Below, piece by piece: positions 44,712 through 54,777 of a DNA stretch of 64,000 nt. Source of the DNA: Alphaproteobacteria bacterium. GTDB taxonomy: Bacteria > Pseudomonadota > Alphaproteobacteria > SMXP01. The notes under the pieces were generated by a model. It searched no databases. It saw nothing but the letters and a program-made list of their open reading frames with translations, and was not told the DNA's origin. The translations under genes and the position numbers were made by a program. Each line of letters opens with the position of its first letter. Positions within the stretch are counted from its first letter, which is position 1. The stretch lies in NCBI GenBank assembly GCA_965214255.1, contig OZ243948.1, positions 516,916 to 580,915 on the forward strand. The letters run 5' to 3'.

Positions 44712-46088
44712 ATGAAAGTCATCATATGCGGCGCGGGCCAGGTCGGTTTCAGCATTGCCCAGCAACTGTCTCAAGAACAAAACTCGGTCACCGTCATCGA
44801 TCAGTCTACGGAACTGATCGCCCATATCGAGCAGGCGCTTGACGTCAAGTCGATCGTCGGCCACGCCTCGCATCCCGATTTGCTCGACCGGGCGGGCGCC
44901 GGCGATGCGGACATGCTCATCGCCGTCACTTTTTCCGACGAAGTCAACATGGTGGCGGCTCAAATCGCGCACTCCGTGTTCAGCGTTCCGTTGAAAATCG
45001 CGCGGGTGCGCACGCGAAGTTATCTGGACCCGGTTTGGCAGGGTCTGTTCAGCCGCAACCACATGCCCATCGACGTGATCATTTCACCTGAAGTCGGAGT
45101 CGGTACGAAAGTCCTTCAGACCTTGTCGAATCCGGGGGCGTTCGAAACGGTGAGCTTCGCGGACGAAGCCGTCAAACTCGTCGGCGTTCACCTCGCGAAA
45201 GACTGCCCCATCGTCAACACGCCGCTTAGCCAATTGACGGAACTGTTTCCGGATCTGAACGCCTTCGTGGTGGGTATCGCCAGAGGCAACGACGTGTTCG
45301 TCCCCAAGCGCTCGGACCAGATGCTCTACGGAGACGACGTTTATTTCATCGCCCATGCGAAACACGTTCGCCGCACGCTCGACATTTTCGGACGGGAAGA
45401 ACGCGAAGCCCACCGCATCATTCTGATAGGCGGCGGCAATATCGGTCTTCACGTCGCTCAACAACTGGAAAAGGAGTCGGACGTCAAGGTCAGGATGATA
45501 GAGCGCGATAAGCTGCGCGCCGAGATAGCGGCCGATGAATTGAAGCGCACGGTGGTGTTTCACGGCGACGGTCTGGATCAGGATCTGCTGCAGGAAGCGG
45601 GGATCAAGGACACCGAAGCGGTGGTCGCGCTGACGGACGACGACGAGACGAATGTCCTGGCGTCCGTGCTGGCCAAGCGGGCAGGGGCGCTGCGCGGCAT
45701 GTGCCTCATCAACAGTCAAAAATACGGCCCTCTGCTGGAGCCTCTGGGAATCGATACTTTCATCGATCCGCGCGCGACCACGGTTTCCACGATCTTGCAG
45801 CATGTGCGCCGCGGACGCATCAAGGGCCTCCATTCCATTCGACAAGGGGCCGCTGAAGTCATCGAGGCGGAAGCTCTGGCCACGTCGCCTCTTGTCGGCA
45901 AACCGTTGCGCGAGTCTCATCTCCCTGACGAAGGCATGATCGTAGGCGCGGTCGTGCGCAAAGGAAAATTCATCCGCCCCGGCGGCGACACCAAAATCGA
46001 AATCGGCGACCGCGTCGTTATTTTCGTGCTGCGCGACATGGTCCGCAAAGTCGAACAACTGTTCCGAGTCAGTCTCGATTACTTTTAG
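44712..46088 (+). CDS. trkA: Trk potassium uptake system protein TrkA
   Basis: Two NAD-binding Rossmann domains ('MKVIICGAGQVGFSIA', 'IILIGGGNIGLHVA') plus TrkA-C domains. Confidence 0.9.
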   Translation: MKVIICGAGQVGFSIAQQLSQEQNSVTVIDQSTELIAHIEQALDVKSIVGHASHPDLLDRAGAGDADMLIAVTFSDEVNMVAAQIAHSVFSVPLKIARVRTRSYLDPVWQGLFSRNHMPIDVIISPEVGVGTKVLQTLSNPGAFETVSFADEAVKLVGVHLAKDCPIVNTPLSQLTELFPDLNAFVVGIARGNDVFVPKRSDQMLYGDDVYFIAHAKHVRRTLDIFGREEREAHRIILIGGGNIGLHVAQQLEKESDVKVRMIERDKLRAEIAADELKRTVVFHGDGLDQDLLQEAGIKDTEAVVALTDDDETNVLASVLAKRAGALRGMCLINSQKYGPLLEPLGIDTFIDPRATTVSTILQHVRRGRIKGLHSIRQGAAEVIEAEALATSPLVGKPLRESHLPDEGMIVGAVVRKGKFIRPGGDTKIEIGDRVVIFVLRDMVRKVEQLFRVSLDYF

Positions 46089-46130
46089 GCCGCTTGCGCC
46101 GGGTCGTCCCTCTCACTCTCGCCATATTTC

Positions 46131-47567
46131 ATGCCCCACACAAACGCACTCTACATATTCGGGAACGTGCTCGGCGCCGTGGCGTTGCTGATGTCGATCC
46201 CGACGCTGGTCGCGCTCTCGAACGGCGAAACGGCTCAAATATCGGCCTTTGTCGCTTCGCTGTGTATCACCGGGTTTTTCGCGGGCGCGCTCATTTTCGG
46301 CTTGCACAGTTCGTCACGAAACGCGGGCCTGCGCGAGGCGGTTTTCGTCGTCTTGCTCGTTTGGTTTCTGTTGCCCGCTTTCGGCGCCTTGCCGTACCGG
46401 TTGGGAGACACCCTTGGCACGTCGTCCGATGCGTATTTCGAAGCCGTTTCAGGGCTGACGACGACCGGCGCGACGCTCATTCAGTCGGTCGAAACGCTTT
46501 CGAAGTCGATGTTGCTGTGGCGCGCGCTCCTGCAGTGGTTAGGGGGGTTCATGTCCATTCTCATGGCCGTGGCGGTCCTGTCGACGGTCGGTTTCGGAGG
46601 GCTGCCCGTGTTCCGGCCCGTCGTCGCGGCCGCCGACACGGGCACCCTCTTGCATCGCCTCGTGCCCGTCGCGCGCGCGCTGCTCATGACATATGCCGTT
46701 CTGACTCTTCTTTGTTTCATGGCCCTCGCGGCGACGGTGCCTCTTTTCGACGCTTTTTGCCTGTCGTTGTCGACCATTGCCACCGGCGGGTACGTCACCC
46801 GCGATGGAACGGTCGGCATGTTCGGAAATTGGGCCTCCCTGATCGTCGCCCTGTTCATGATCGTCGGCGCGCTGAACTTCGCCCTCCATGCGGAACTGGG
46901 CAGGGGGAGCTTCAGGCAATACCGCCGGGAACCGGAGGTCCGCTATGTCTTGGGACTGGGGTTTCTGGTCTTTGCCCTGTTCGCCGCCCTTGACTGGCGC
47001 GGCGGCGCGGCGCCCGACGTCTTTGCCGCCTTCTTTTACACCGTCTCGTTCATGTCGACATCGGGTTTCTCGATCGGTGACGGGACTTTTCTCGACGATA
47101 TTCCCCCCCTGTTGCTTTTGACCGTCGCTTTGCTGGGCGGCTCGGCATTATCGACCGCCGGCGGCTTCAAGATCGTCCGCGCCGTATTGCTCGTCCGTCA
47201 CAGCATGACCGAACTCACGCAACTGGCCCATCCCCACAATGTCGCCCGCGTGCATTACGGCGAAAGTCCCGTGACCGAAGATCAGTTCAAAGGGATTTGG
47301 ATCTATTTCATCTCCCTCACTTTCGTGCTGGCGCTGACCGCGCTTTTCTTATCCTGGCACGACCTCGACTATTTGACGTCCGTCTCGGCGGCCGCCGCGG
47401 CGCTCAGCAACATGGGCCCGCTGCTCGGTTTCGCGACCGAGGGGGCGGCATCTTACGGGGACATGCCGGGGGCGGTAAAACTCGCCCTTTCCGTCGCGAT
47501 GATCGTCGGCCGCGTTGAAATTCTCATTTTGCTGCCTCTTCTTGACAGCGCCTATTGGCGAAACTGA
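46131..47567 (+). CDS. trkH: Trk system potassium transporter TrkH
   Basis: 478 aa polytopic membrane protein with TrkH-type selectivity-filter-like glycine-containing segments ('TGATL', 'TGGY', 'TSGFS', 'TAGGF'). Confidence 0.85.
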   Translation: MPHTNALYIFGNVLGAVALLMSIPTLVALSNGETAQISAFVASLCITGFFAGALIFGLHSSSRNAGLREAVFVVLLVWFLLPAFGALPYRLGDTLGTSSDAYFEAVSGLTTTGATLIQSVETLSKSMLLWRALLQWLGGFMSILMAVAVLSTVGFGGLPVFRPVVAAADTGTLLHRLVPVARALLMTYAVLTLLCFMALAATVPLFDAFCLSLSTIATGGYVTRDGTVGMFGNWASLIVALFMIVGALNFALHAELGRGSFRQYRREPEVRYVLGLGFLVFALFAALDWRGGAAPDVFAAFFYTVSFMSTSGFSIGDGTFLDDIPPLLLLTVALLGGSALSTAGGFKIVRAVLLVRHSMTELTQLAHPHNVARVHYGESPVTEDQFKGIWIYFISLTFVLALTALFLSWHDLDYLTSVSAAAAALSNMGPLLGFATEGAASYGDMPGAVKLALSVAMIVGRVEILILLPLLDSAYWRN

Positions 47568-47601
47568 AAGTGGCCTCTCCGCACGATGAAAGATCTCGTC
47601 C

Positions 47602-48489
47602 ATGTCTCGTATCGCGTATGTGAACGGCCGATATGTTCCCCAAGGGGAGGCCGCGGTCCACGTTGAAGACCGCGGCTACCAGTTCGCCGACGGGGTTTAC
47701 GAAGTTTGCGCCGTGTTTGAAGGCATGCTGCTCGACGAATCGAGCCATCTCGACCGCCTGGCGCGCTCCCTGTCCGAACTGAACATCGCCCCGCCGGTGA
47801 CGCGAAAAGCGCTGCGGCTGATTCTGCGCGAAGTCGTCGCGCGCAACCGGTTGGAGCACGGAATACTGTATTTTCAAATCACAAGAGGCGTCGCGCGCCG
47901 GGACCACGCCTTTCCCCCGGCCGACGTTCCGTCAAGCCTCGTCGTAACCGCAAAATCTCACGACATCGACGAGATCGAGGCGCGCGCGCGCGCCGGCGTC
48001 GCGGTGGTCACCGTGCCGGACAACAGATGGACGCGCTGCGACATCAAGTCGATTGCCTTGCTGCCCAACGTTTTGGCGAAGCAGCAGGCCCGCGGGGCGG
48101 GGGCTTATGAAGCCTGGTTCGTCGATGACCGGGGAAGGGTGACCGAGGGAAGTTCGACCAATGCCTGGATCGTGAACGGCCGCGGCGACCTGATCACCCG
48201 CGGCCTCGACCGTCGCATTCTAAGCGGCATAACGCGCGCGGCGGTGATGGGTTTTGCCGCCAGGCACGGTCTGAAGGTCATCGAGCGGGCTTTCAGCGTC
48301 GATGAGGCCGAACGGGCCGACGAAGCCTTCATCACATCGGCGACGGCGTTCGTGACGCCGGTGGTCAAACTCGACGATCGCCCGATCGGAAACGGACATC
48401 CGGGCCGGCTGGCTTTGTCTTTGAGGGCCTGGTATTTCCAGGAGGCCCGCCGAACGGCCGCCGAAACCGTCCACAAAGCGCCGGAATAA
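47602..48489 (+). CDS. dat: Class IV PLP-dependent aminotransferase (D-amino-acid transaminase-like)
   Basis: 'VEDRGYQFADGVYEV' N-terminus and 'ITRG' and 'GEAWFV' (ExGxxNLF-type) motifs typical of D-alanine/BCAT fold-type IV enzymes. 295 aa. Confidence 0.75.
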   Translation: MSRIAYVNGRYVPQGEAAVHVEDRGYQFADGVYEVCAVFEGMLLDESSHLDRLARSLSELNIAPPVTRKALRLILREVVARNRLEHGILYFQITRGVARRDHAFPPADVPSSLVVTAKSHDIDEIEARARAGVAVVTVPDNRWTRCDIKSIALLPNVLAKQQARGAGAYEAWFVDDRGRVTEGSSTNAWIVNGRGDLITRGLDRRILSGITRAAVMGFAARHGLKVIERAFSVDEAERADEAFITSATAFVTPVVKLDDRPIGNGHPGRLALSLRAWYFQEARRTAAETVHKAPE

Positions 48490-48646
48490 ACGGATTCACG
48501 AGAAAAATCGTCTCCCGGCCCTTGAAGGGCGCGCCTTCCATGTCATCTAATGGACAAATATGGGATGATAAGCTGTTTACCGCACGCGAGGCTCAAGCGA
48601 GCGGCAGGGTCTCAAGCAGCCACATAACGAAAAACGGGATAAGGGC

Positions 48647-48907
48647 GTGTCAAACGAAAAAAAACAAAGTCTTCAGGACACTTTCCTCAATGCGGTGCGA
48701 AAGGGAAAGATTCCGGTAACCATATTCCTGGTCAACGGCGTAAAACTTCAAGGCGCAATCACGTGGTTTGACAACTTTTGCGTGTTGCTGCGCCGAGAGG
48801 GTCAATCACAGTTGGTCTACAAGCACGCCATTTCCACGGTCATGCCGTCCCAACCGGTCCGGTTGTTCGAGCCGGAAGGAGAAGAAACGGACGCGCAGGA
48901 AAGCTGA
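48647..48907 (+). CDS. hfq: RNA chaperone Hfq
   Basis: Sm1/Sm2 motifs '[27 protein letters not shown]' and '[13 protein letters not shown]'. GTG start. hfq-hflX pairing. Confidence 0.95.
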   Translation: MSNEKKQSLQDTFLNAVRKGKIPVTIFLVNGVKLQGAITWFDNFCVLLRREGQSQLVYKHAISTVMPSQPVRLFEPEGEETDAQES

Positions 48908-48934
48908 TCCGGTTTTGAGTTTTCGGGTTCGAAT

Positions 48935-50305
48935 GTGATGGAAGGTACGACGTCCGGCGGCGGCCGCGTCAAGGCGATTGTCCTGCACCCGGTATTTCCG
49001 GAACCGGAGAGGGTTGCACGCAATAATAACGGGCGGACCGGACATCGTCCGCCCGAACGCACTCTCGAGGAAGCCTGCAAGCTGGCCGCCGCCATCGACC
49101 TGGACGTCGTCAGCGCCGGTCTGGTGCGCGTCGCGTCGCCGCGTCCGGCGACCTTGTTCGGGCGCGGCAAAGTGGCGGAGTTGAAGTCGTCCGCCGCCGT
49201 GCTGGACGCCGAACTGGTGATTGTCGACGGGCCGTTGACCCCCATTCAACAGCGCAATTTGGAGCGCGCCTGGAACGCCAAGGTCCTGGACCGCACCGGG
49301 CTTATTCTGGAGATCTTCGGCGACCGGGCGCAGACGCGGGAAGGGCGTCTGCAGGCGGACCTGGCCCATCTTACCTATCAGCGGACCCGTCTGGTCCGGT
49401 CGTGGACCCACTTGGAGCGGCAACGGGGCGGCGTCGGCTTTCTCGGCGGTCCTGGTGAGACCCAGATCGAAGCCGACCGGCGTGTTTTGGCCGAAAAAAT
49501 CACCAACCTCAAACGTCAACTGGAATCCGTCAAAAAAACGCGGGCGCTTCAGCGGCGGGCGCGAAAACGGGTGCCTTATCCGGTCGTCGCGCTTGTGGGC
49601 TATACCAATGCGGGAAAATCGACCTTGTTCAACAAAGTCACGCAAGCCCATGTTTTCACTGACGATTTACTGTTCGCCACTCTGGATCCCACCATGAGGC
49701 TGGTCGAATTGCCGGGGGGCATGAAAATCATTCTGTCCGATACGGTGGGCTTTATTTCCGACCTCCCGACGCAGTTGGTCGCCGCCTTTCGCGCGACCTT
49801 GGAGGAAGTGTCCGAGGCCGATGTCATCGTCCATGTGCGCGACACGTCGGACCCGGACAGCGACGCCCAGCGCCGGGACGTCCAAGACGTCCTGAAGGAA
49901 CTGGGCGTCGACGAACACGACCCGCGGCCCGTCGTCGAAGTGCTGAACAAGGCGGACCTGCTGGACGAAGCGTCGCGCTTGCGCCGTGTCAACGGTCTGA
50001 AGCGCGCCGGGCGCAACGGTCATGATCCGGGCGCGCGCGCGCTGTTGGTCTCGGCCCGGACCGGCGAGGGGATCGACGCGTTCGTTTCCTGTTTGACGGG
50101 CGTTTTCAACAGGCTGCGGCAGGTGGTCGAATTCGAGTTGTCTCCGGAGGACGGCGCCTCCCTTGCCTGGCTCTACCGGCACGGCGAAGTGCTGGCGCGG
50201 AAGACCCAAGACAACGGTCGGCTCAATTTGACGTTACGCATGACCCCGCCCGACATCGGCCGCTTCTCCAAGCAATTCAAGACATGGCCCGTTGCCGCGA
50301 ATTGA
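48935..50305 (+). CDS. hflX: GTPase HflX
   Basis: 'ALVGYTNAGKSTLFN' G1 and 'DTVGF' G3 motifs, 456 aa. Located after hfq. Confidence 0.9.
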   Translation: MMEGTTSGGGRVKAIVLHPVFPEPERVARNNNGRTGHRPPERTLEEACKLAAAIDLDVVSAGLVRVASPRPATLFGRGKVAELKSSAAVLDAELVIVDGPLTPIQQRNLERAWNAKVLDRTGLILEIFGDRAQTREGRLQADLAHLTYQRTRLVRSWTHLERQRGGVGFLGGPGETQIEADRRVLAEKITNLKRQLESVKKTRALQRRARKRVPYPVVALVGYTNAGKSTLFNKVTQAHVFTDDLLFATLDPTMRLVELPGGMKIILSDTVGFISDLPTQLVAAFRATLEEVSEADVIVHVRDTSDPDSDAQRRDVQDVLKELGVDEHDPRPVVEVLNKADLLDEASRLRRVNGLKRAGRNGHDPGARALLVSARTGEGIDAFVSCLTGVFNRLRQVVEFELSPEDGASLAWLYRHGEVLARKTQDNGRLNLTLRMTPPDIGRFSKQFKTWPVAAN

Positions 50306-50339
50306 CGGCGCGGCGCGTCGTCGGACCCGGTCGGATCCC

Positions 50340-51152
50340 TCAATCCTTTTCTTGCCCCTTGGCCTCGTTCCAGAGGGCGTCCATTTCTTCGAGCGTCGCC
50401 TCCTTGGGTCTTTTACCCCGAGCGTCAAGACATGTCTCTATATGCTTGAAACGACGGACGAATTTATCGTTGGCGGACCGCAAGGCCGCTTCAGGGTCCA
50501 CATCCAGGTGCCGGGCCAGGTTGGCGTAAACGAAAAGCAGATCGCCGAACTCCTCGGAAATCCGCTCCACATCGCGGCCGGCGGCGATTTCTTCCGACAA
50601 TTCAACGGTTTCCTCTCCGATTTTCTCCAGCACCGAAGCGGTTTCGGGCCAGTCGAAACCGACGCGGGCCGCCCGTTTTTGCAGTTTCACGGCGCGGCTG
50701 AGCGCGGGCAGGGAGAGCGGTACGTCGTCGAGAACGCCGGCCTCGCCGCCGTTCTTTTCCCGTCTTTCTTCCTCCTTGACGGCCTCCCAGCGGCTTTTGA
50801 CGGCGCGCGCCGTATCGCCCTTGGCGCCGGCGAAGATGTGGGGATGGCGGCGCATCATCTTGGCGCAAATCGCTTCGACCACGTCATCGAACGTGAAACG
50901 CCCGGATTCCTTGGCTATTTCCGCGTGGAACACCACTTGCAGCAGAAGGTCGCCCAACTCGTCGCGCAAGTCCTCCGTATCGCCGCGGGCGACCGCGTCC
51001 GCCACCTCGTAAGCCTCTTCAAGCGTATAAGGGGAGATCGTCTCGAACGTCTGCGCGCTGTCCCATGGACAACCGTCTTCCGGATCTCTCAGACGAGCCA
51101 TGATGCCGCGCAATGTGTCGATGGAACGCAGGTTCCGTTTGTCGTCTTTCAT
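50340..51152 (-). CDS. mazG: Nucleoside triphosphate pyrophosphohydrolase MazG
   Basis: 'CPWDSAQTFETISPYTLEEAYEVADA' MazG tandem NTP-PPase signature, 270 aa. Confidence 0.9.
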   Translation of the reverse strand: MKDDKRNLRSIDTLRGIMARLRDPEDGCPWDSAQTFETISPYTLEEAYEVADAVARGDTEDLRDELGDLLLQVVFHAEIAKESGRFTFDDVVEAICAKMMRRHPHIFAGAKGDTARAVKSRWEAVKEEERREKNGGEAGVLDDVPLSLPALSRAVKLQKRAARVGFDWPETASVLEKIGEETVELSEEIAAGRDVERISEEFGDLLFVYANLARHLDVDPEAALRSANDKFVRRFKHIETCLDARGKRPKEATLEEMDALWNEAKGQEKD

Positions 51153-51379
51153 CTCATGTTACCCGTCCGTCCGAGGTTCCGCACCGCAAGAGGTTGGAAT
51201 TTATCGATATTTTCAGCCAAGTCCATGCCGTAAACCCGGATGACGAGCCGTCGAATCCGGGGAAGGGAACGCCGAATCCGCTTGCCGCAACCCCCGTCTG
51301 CGTTGTGCCATTTGTCGCATAATATATATTATGGAAAGTAATGAAGGCATTGGGAAAGCCCGAAAAGCCCGGAAAAGGT

Positions 51380-52171
51380 CTAAAATTCGATCACCATCCC
51401 GTCATAGGCCGGTTCGACGCCCGGCGGCAGGTTCCGTTTGAGAGTTCGGTAGTCCATCGGGGTATGAAGATTGGTCAATATGCTCCGCTCGGGCTTGACC
51501 CTCTCGATCCACTGGAGCGTCAAATCCAGGTGCGCATGAGTCGGATGAGGCCGATATTCCAGCGCGTCGACGATCCAGCATTTGACGCCGTCCAGAACCG
51601 CAAAGCTCTCCTCGGGCAGACCCACCGCGTCGGCGGTATAGGCGAGCGGCCCGAAGCGGTAGCCCAGCGAGTGGATATGGCCGTGGTCCTGCAGGAACGG
51701 CACCGCCCTGACCGGCCCGCCCGGCCCGTGGATGACGAGAGTCTCCCCCGGCGGCGTCATGTCATGCAGGTCCAGGATGGCCCTGTACGGGCTGCCCGCC
51801 GGTTGCTCGAAACAATAGGCAAACCGCTCGCGCATGACCTTTGCCGTCGCCGCGTCGGCGTAAACGTCCACTCGTTTCCGCATGTTGATGGCGACCATGC
51901 GCAGGTCGTCGATGCCGTGGAGCTGGTCCGCATGTTCATGGGTGTAGAGCACGCCGTGAAGTTCGCCGCAGTCCGCGTCAAGGAGTTGCGCCCGCAAGTC
52001 GGGCGACGTATCGACCAGGACGTTCGTCGAACCGGCTTGCCTCTCTTTTTCCACAAGAATCGAGCAGCGCCGCCGCCGGTTTTTGGGCTCGTCCGGGTCC
52101 GCCGCGCCCCAGATATTGCCGATCCGCGGCACGCCGCCGGACGAACCGCACCCCAGAATCGTCGCCTTCAT
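51380..52171 (-). CDS. MBL-fold metallo-hydrolase (PhnP/YhfI-like)
   Basis: 'YTHEHADQLHGIDDL' HxHxDH motif. 263 aa. Overlaps the tatD start by 4 nt. Confidence 0.75.
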   Translation of the reverse strand: MKATILGCGSSGGVPRIGNIWGAADPDEPKNRRRRCSILVEKERQAGSTNVLVDTSPDLRAQLLDADCGELHGVLYTHEHADQLHGIDDLRMVAINMRKRVDVYADAATAKVMRERFAYCFEQPAGSPYRAILDLHDMTPPGETLVIHGPGGPVRAVPFLQDHGHIHSLGYRFGPLAYTADAVGLPEESFAVLDGVKCWIVDALEYRPHPTHAHLDLTLQWIERVKPERSILTNLHTPMDYRTLKRNLPPGVEPAYDGMVIEF

Positions 52172-52965
52172 GAGGCGGGGTCTTTCCGCAGCGGTTCGAC
52201 CTTCGAAAACAGGCGGTAGAAATTGGCGCTGGTCGTTGCGGCGAGCTCGTCCAGACCCGTCCGCCTGATTTCCGCCACCGCCCGCGCCGTATGGACGACG
52301 AACGAGGGTTCGTTGCGGCGGCCCCGCTTCGGCGCCGGCGCCAGATAAGGCGCGTCGGTTTCGACGAGCAGGCGCGCGTCGGGAATGCGCGGCACGATGT
52401 CGCGCAAGTCCCTAGCGTTCTTGAACGTCACGATGCCCGACAGCGAGATATAGAGGCCGAGACCCATCGCCGCGTGCGCCAGTTCCTCCCCGGAACTGAA
52501 GCAGTGCATCACGCCGGTGTAGGCCCCCTTCCCCATCTCTTCGGTCAATATCTCCGCCGTATCGCGCTCCGCGTTCCGGCTGTGCACGATCAGCGGCAGC
52601 CCGGTCTCTCTTGCCGCCCGGATATGCGTACGAAAGTTCGCCCGCTGACGCTCGCGGGGGCTCTTGTCGTAATGATAATCGAGGCCCGTCTCGCCGATCC
52701 CGACCACTTTCGGATGGTCCGCCATTTTCACGAGGTGGCGGCTTTGGATGTCCGGCTCCGAGGCCGCGTTGTGAGGATGAATCCCCACCGAACAATAGAT
52801 GTCGTCGTAACGCTCCGCGACGGCCCGCACCCCATCGAAGTTGGTAACGCCGGTGCAGATCGTGAGCATCGTTTCGACGCCCGCCGCCCGCGCCCGCGCG
52901 ACCACATCGTCGAGGTCTTCGGAGAAATCCGGAAAGTCCAAATGGCAATGACTGTCGACCAGCAT
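52168..52965 (-). CDS. tatD: TatD-family metal-dependent DNase/hydrolase
   Basis: 'MLVDSHCHLDFPDF' N-terminus, 265 aa. Confidence 0.9.
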   Translation of the reverse strand: MLVDSHCHLDFPDFSEDLDDVVARARAAGVETMLTICTGVTNFDGVRAVAERYDDIYCSVGIHPHNAASEPDIQSRHLVKMADHPKVVGIGETGLDYHYDKSPRERQRANFRTHIRAARETGLPLIVHSRNAERDTAEILTEEMGKGAYTGVMHCFSSGEELAHAAMGLGLYISLSGIVTFKNARDLRDIVPRIPDARLLVETDAPYLAPAPKRGRRNEPSFVVHTARAVAEIRRTGLDELAATTSANFYRLFSKVEPLRKDPAS

Positions 52966-52984
52966 GGATCAGATCGTTCCGACT

Positions 52985-54081
52985 CTACGGACGCTCCTTG
53001 GAACAAGCGTCCCTGATATGGAAGAAAGCCTGCATAAGCGTTTGTTTTCGATCAAGATTGAGCGCGTCGGCCGTCTTCCGCAGCCGCAGCAGATTTTCCC
53101 AGACGCCGACCCAGCGGTCAAACGAGTCCGGCGTGATATGGCGGTCCAGACCGCCGGTTTCCCGTTGGGCCGCCGTCTCACGGGCGGCGTCACGGATATG
53201 GCGTTTGACGTGGTCCGCGAGGAACTCCATCGCAAAATTGTAGACCTGTTCCATGCCGCGCCGCACCATGGAATTGCCGAGTGCGATCAGCGCGCGGTCG
53301 TCCAGGTCGGGCAGCGTTTCCAGCACGTTCAAAATATCGTCACGGGCTTCGAGACCGCCGCTCCGCGCGAGAGTGAGCGCGTAACCGACGCTTCCCTGGG
53401 ACAATTCCGCCAGTTTTTCAAGATCCGCGGGGCCGAGTTCCGGCACATGGGCCGCAAGGAGCGTTTTGATGCTCTCGTCCTCCAACGGGGAAAGGGCCAG
53501 CTTGCGGCAGCGCGAGCGGATCGTCGGCAGAACCGTGCCCGGCGCGTTCGCCAACACTAAAAGCAGTGATTTTTCAGGAGGTTCCTCCAATGTCTTCAGA
53601 AATGCGTTGGCGGCGGCCGCGTTCATGTCGTCGGCGGTATCGACGATGCAGATGCGCCATCCGTCTTCCCCCGCCGCCATGCCGAAGAACGGCGCGATGC
53701 GTCGAACTTCGTCGACGGTGAGCACGGTCTTCGGTTTCTTTCGCGTCCGGTCGTAGGGCCGTTTCAAGACCAAAAGGTTGGAATGGCTTTGCCGTTTGAT
53801 CCGGCGCGCCGCCGACGCCTCCGGGTCGACAACGAGCGGCGCGCCCTGTTTCGGCGCTTCGCCGCCGTGGTGAAGCAGCGCCCGCGCTACGCGATAGGCG
53901 AATGTCGCCTTGCCGATGCCGTAAGGGCCGGTGATCAGCCAGGCGTGAGGCAGGCGGCCGGACCGCCAAGCCGCGACGAACGCGGCTTCCGCCCTTTCAT
54001 GACCGACAAGCCGGTAGGTCTGGCGGGGATGAGGAAAATCGCCCAGGCGGTCGCTCTCGATGACCTCCGCCGAAGTCATGG
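52985..54081 (-). CDS. holB: DNA polymerase III subunit delta'
   Basis: AAA+ clamp-loader fold with 'HAWLITGPYGIGKATFAYRVARALL' and zinc-module-like cysteines. tmk-holB-tatD order. Start set at the internal ATG (54079-54081). Confidence 0.75.
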
Positions 54082-54756
54082 CCTCGCCTCGCCAAGCTCG
54101 CCGGGCCACCTCGACCGCGCGATGTCCCAGATCCGGGAGCTTACCTTGTCCGCCGGCGGGCCGCCGTCGATGACCGCGCATCGCCCAGGGGCGCGCTTCG
54201 CGATCGCGGAAAAGGACCGTCGAATACGCTCGTGGAACGCGGCGCCCATATTTTCGTAACGGTTTTCACCCGTTCCCCGGCTTTCGGCGCGCTTGAGACC
54301 GTCCTCGACGGTCAGATCGAGAATGAAGGTCAAGTCGGGAGAGGTGTTTCCGACGACCAGATCGTGAAGAATGTCAATGGCTTTCACGATGTCCGGCCCC
54401 GCGCCCGCGGCGCTCCCTTGATACGCTAGCGTCGAATCCGCGAAGCGGTCGCTGACGACCCATTTGCCCTGCTTCAAGGCCGGTCGGATGAGGGTTTCGA
54501 GATGGGTGTGGCGGGCCGCATAATTGAGCAGAGCTTCGCTGAGCGGCGTCCACCTGTCCGCCGGCCCCGTCACCAGCAGCTCGCGGATCGACTCCGCTTC
54601 CGGGGTGCCGCCCGGCTCCCTGGTCTCGACCACGTCGATACCGCGCTCTCGAAGCCGCGCGCTCAGGATTTTTATTTGCGTACTCTTTCCGCTCCCCTCC
54701 CCGCCTTCGAAGGTTATGAATTTACCGACAGTTCCCGGACTCGGATCGGACGCCAT
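54076..54756 (-). CDS. tmk: Thymidylate kinase
   Basis: P-loop 'ITFEGGEGSGKSTQ' and 'REPGGT' motifs. Confidence 0.9.
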   Translation of the reverse strand: MASDPSPGTVGKFITFEGGEGSGKSTQIKILSARLRERGIDVVETREPGGTPEAESIRELLVTGPADRWTPLSEALLNYAARHTHLETLIRPALKQGKWVVSDRFADSTLAYQGSAAGAGPDIVKAIDILHDLVVGNTSPDLTFILDLTVEDGLKRAESRGTGENRYENMGAAFHERIRRSFSAIAKRAPGRCAVIDGGPPADKVSSRIWDIARSRWPGELGEARP

Positions 54757-54777
54757 GCGTCTTTGTAGCCGGGAACG

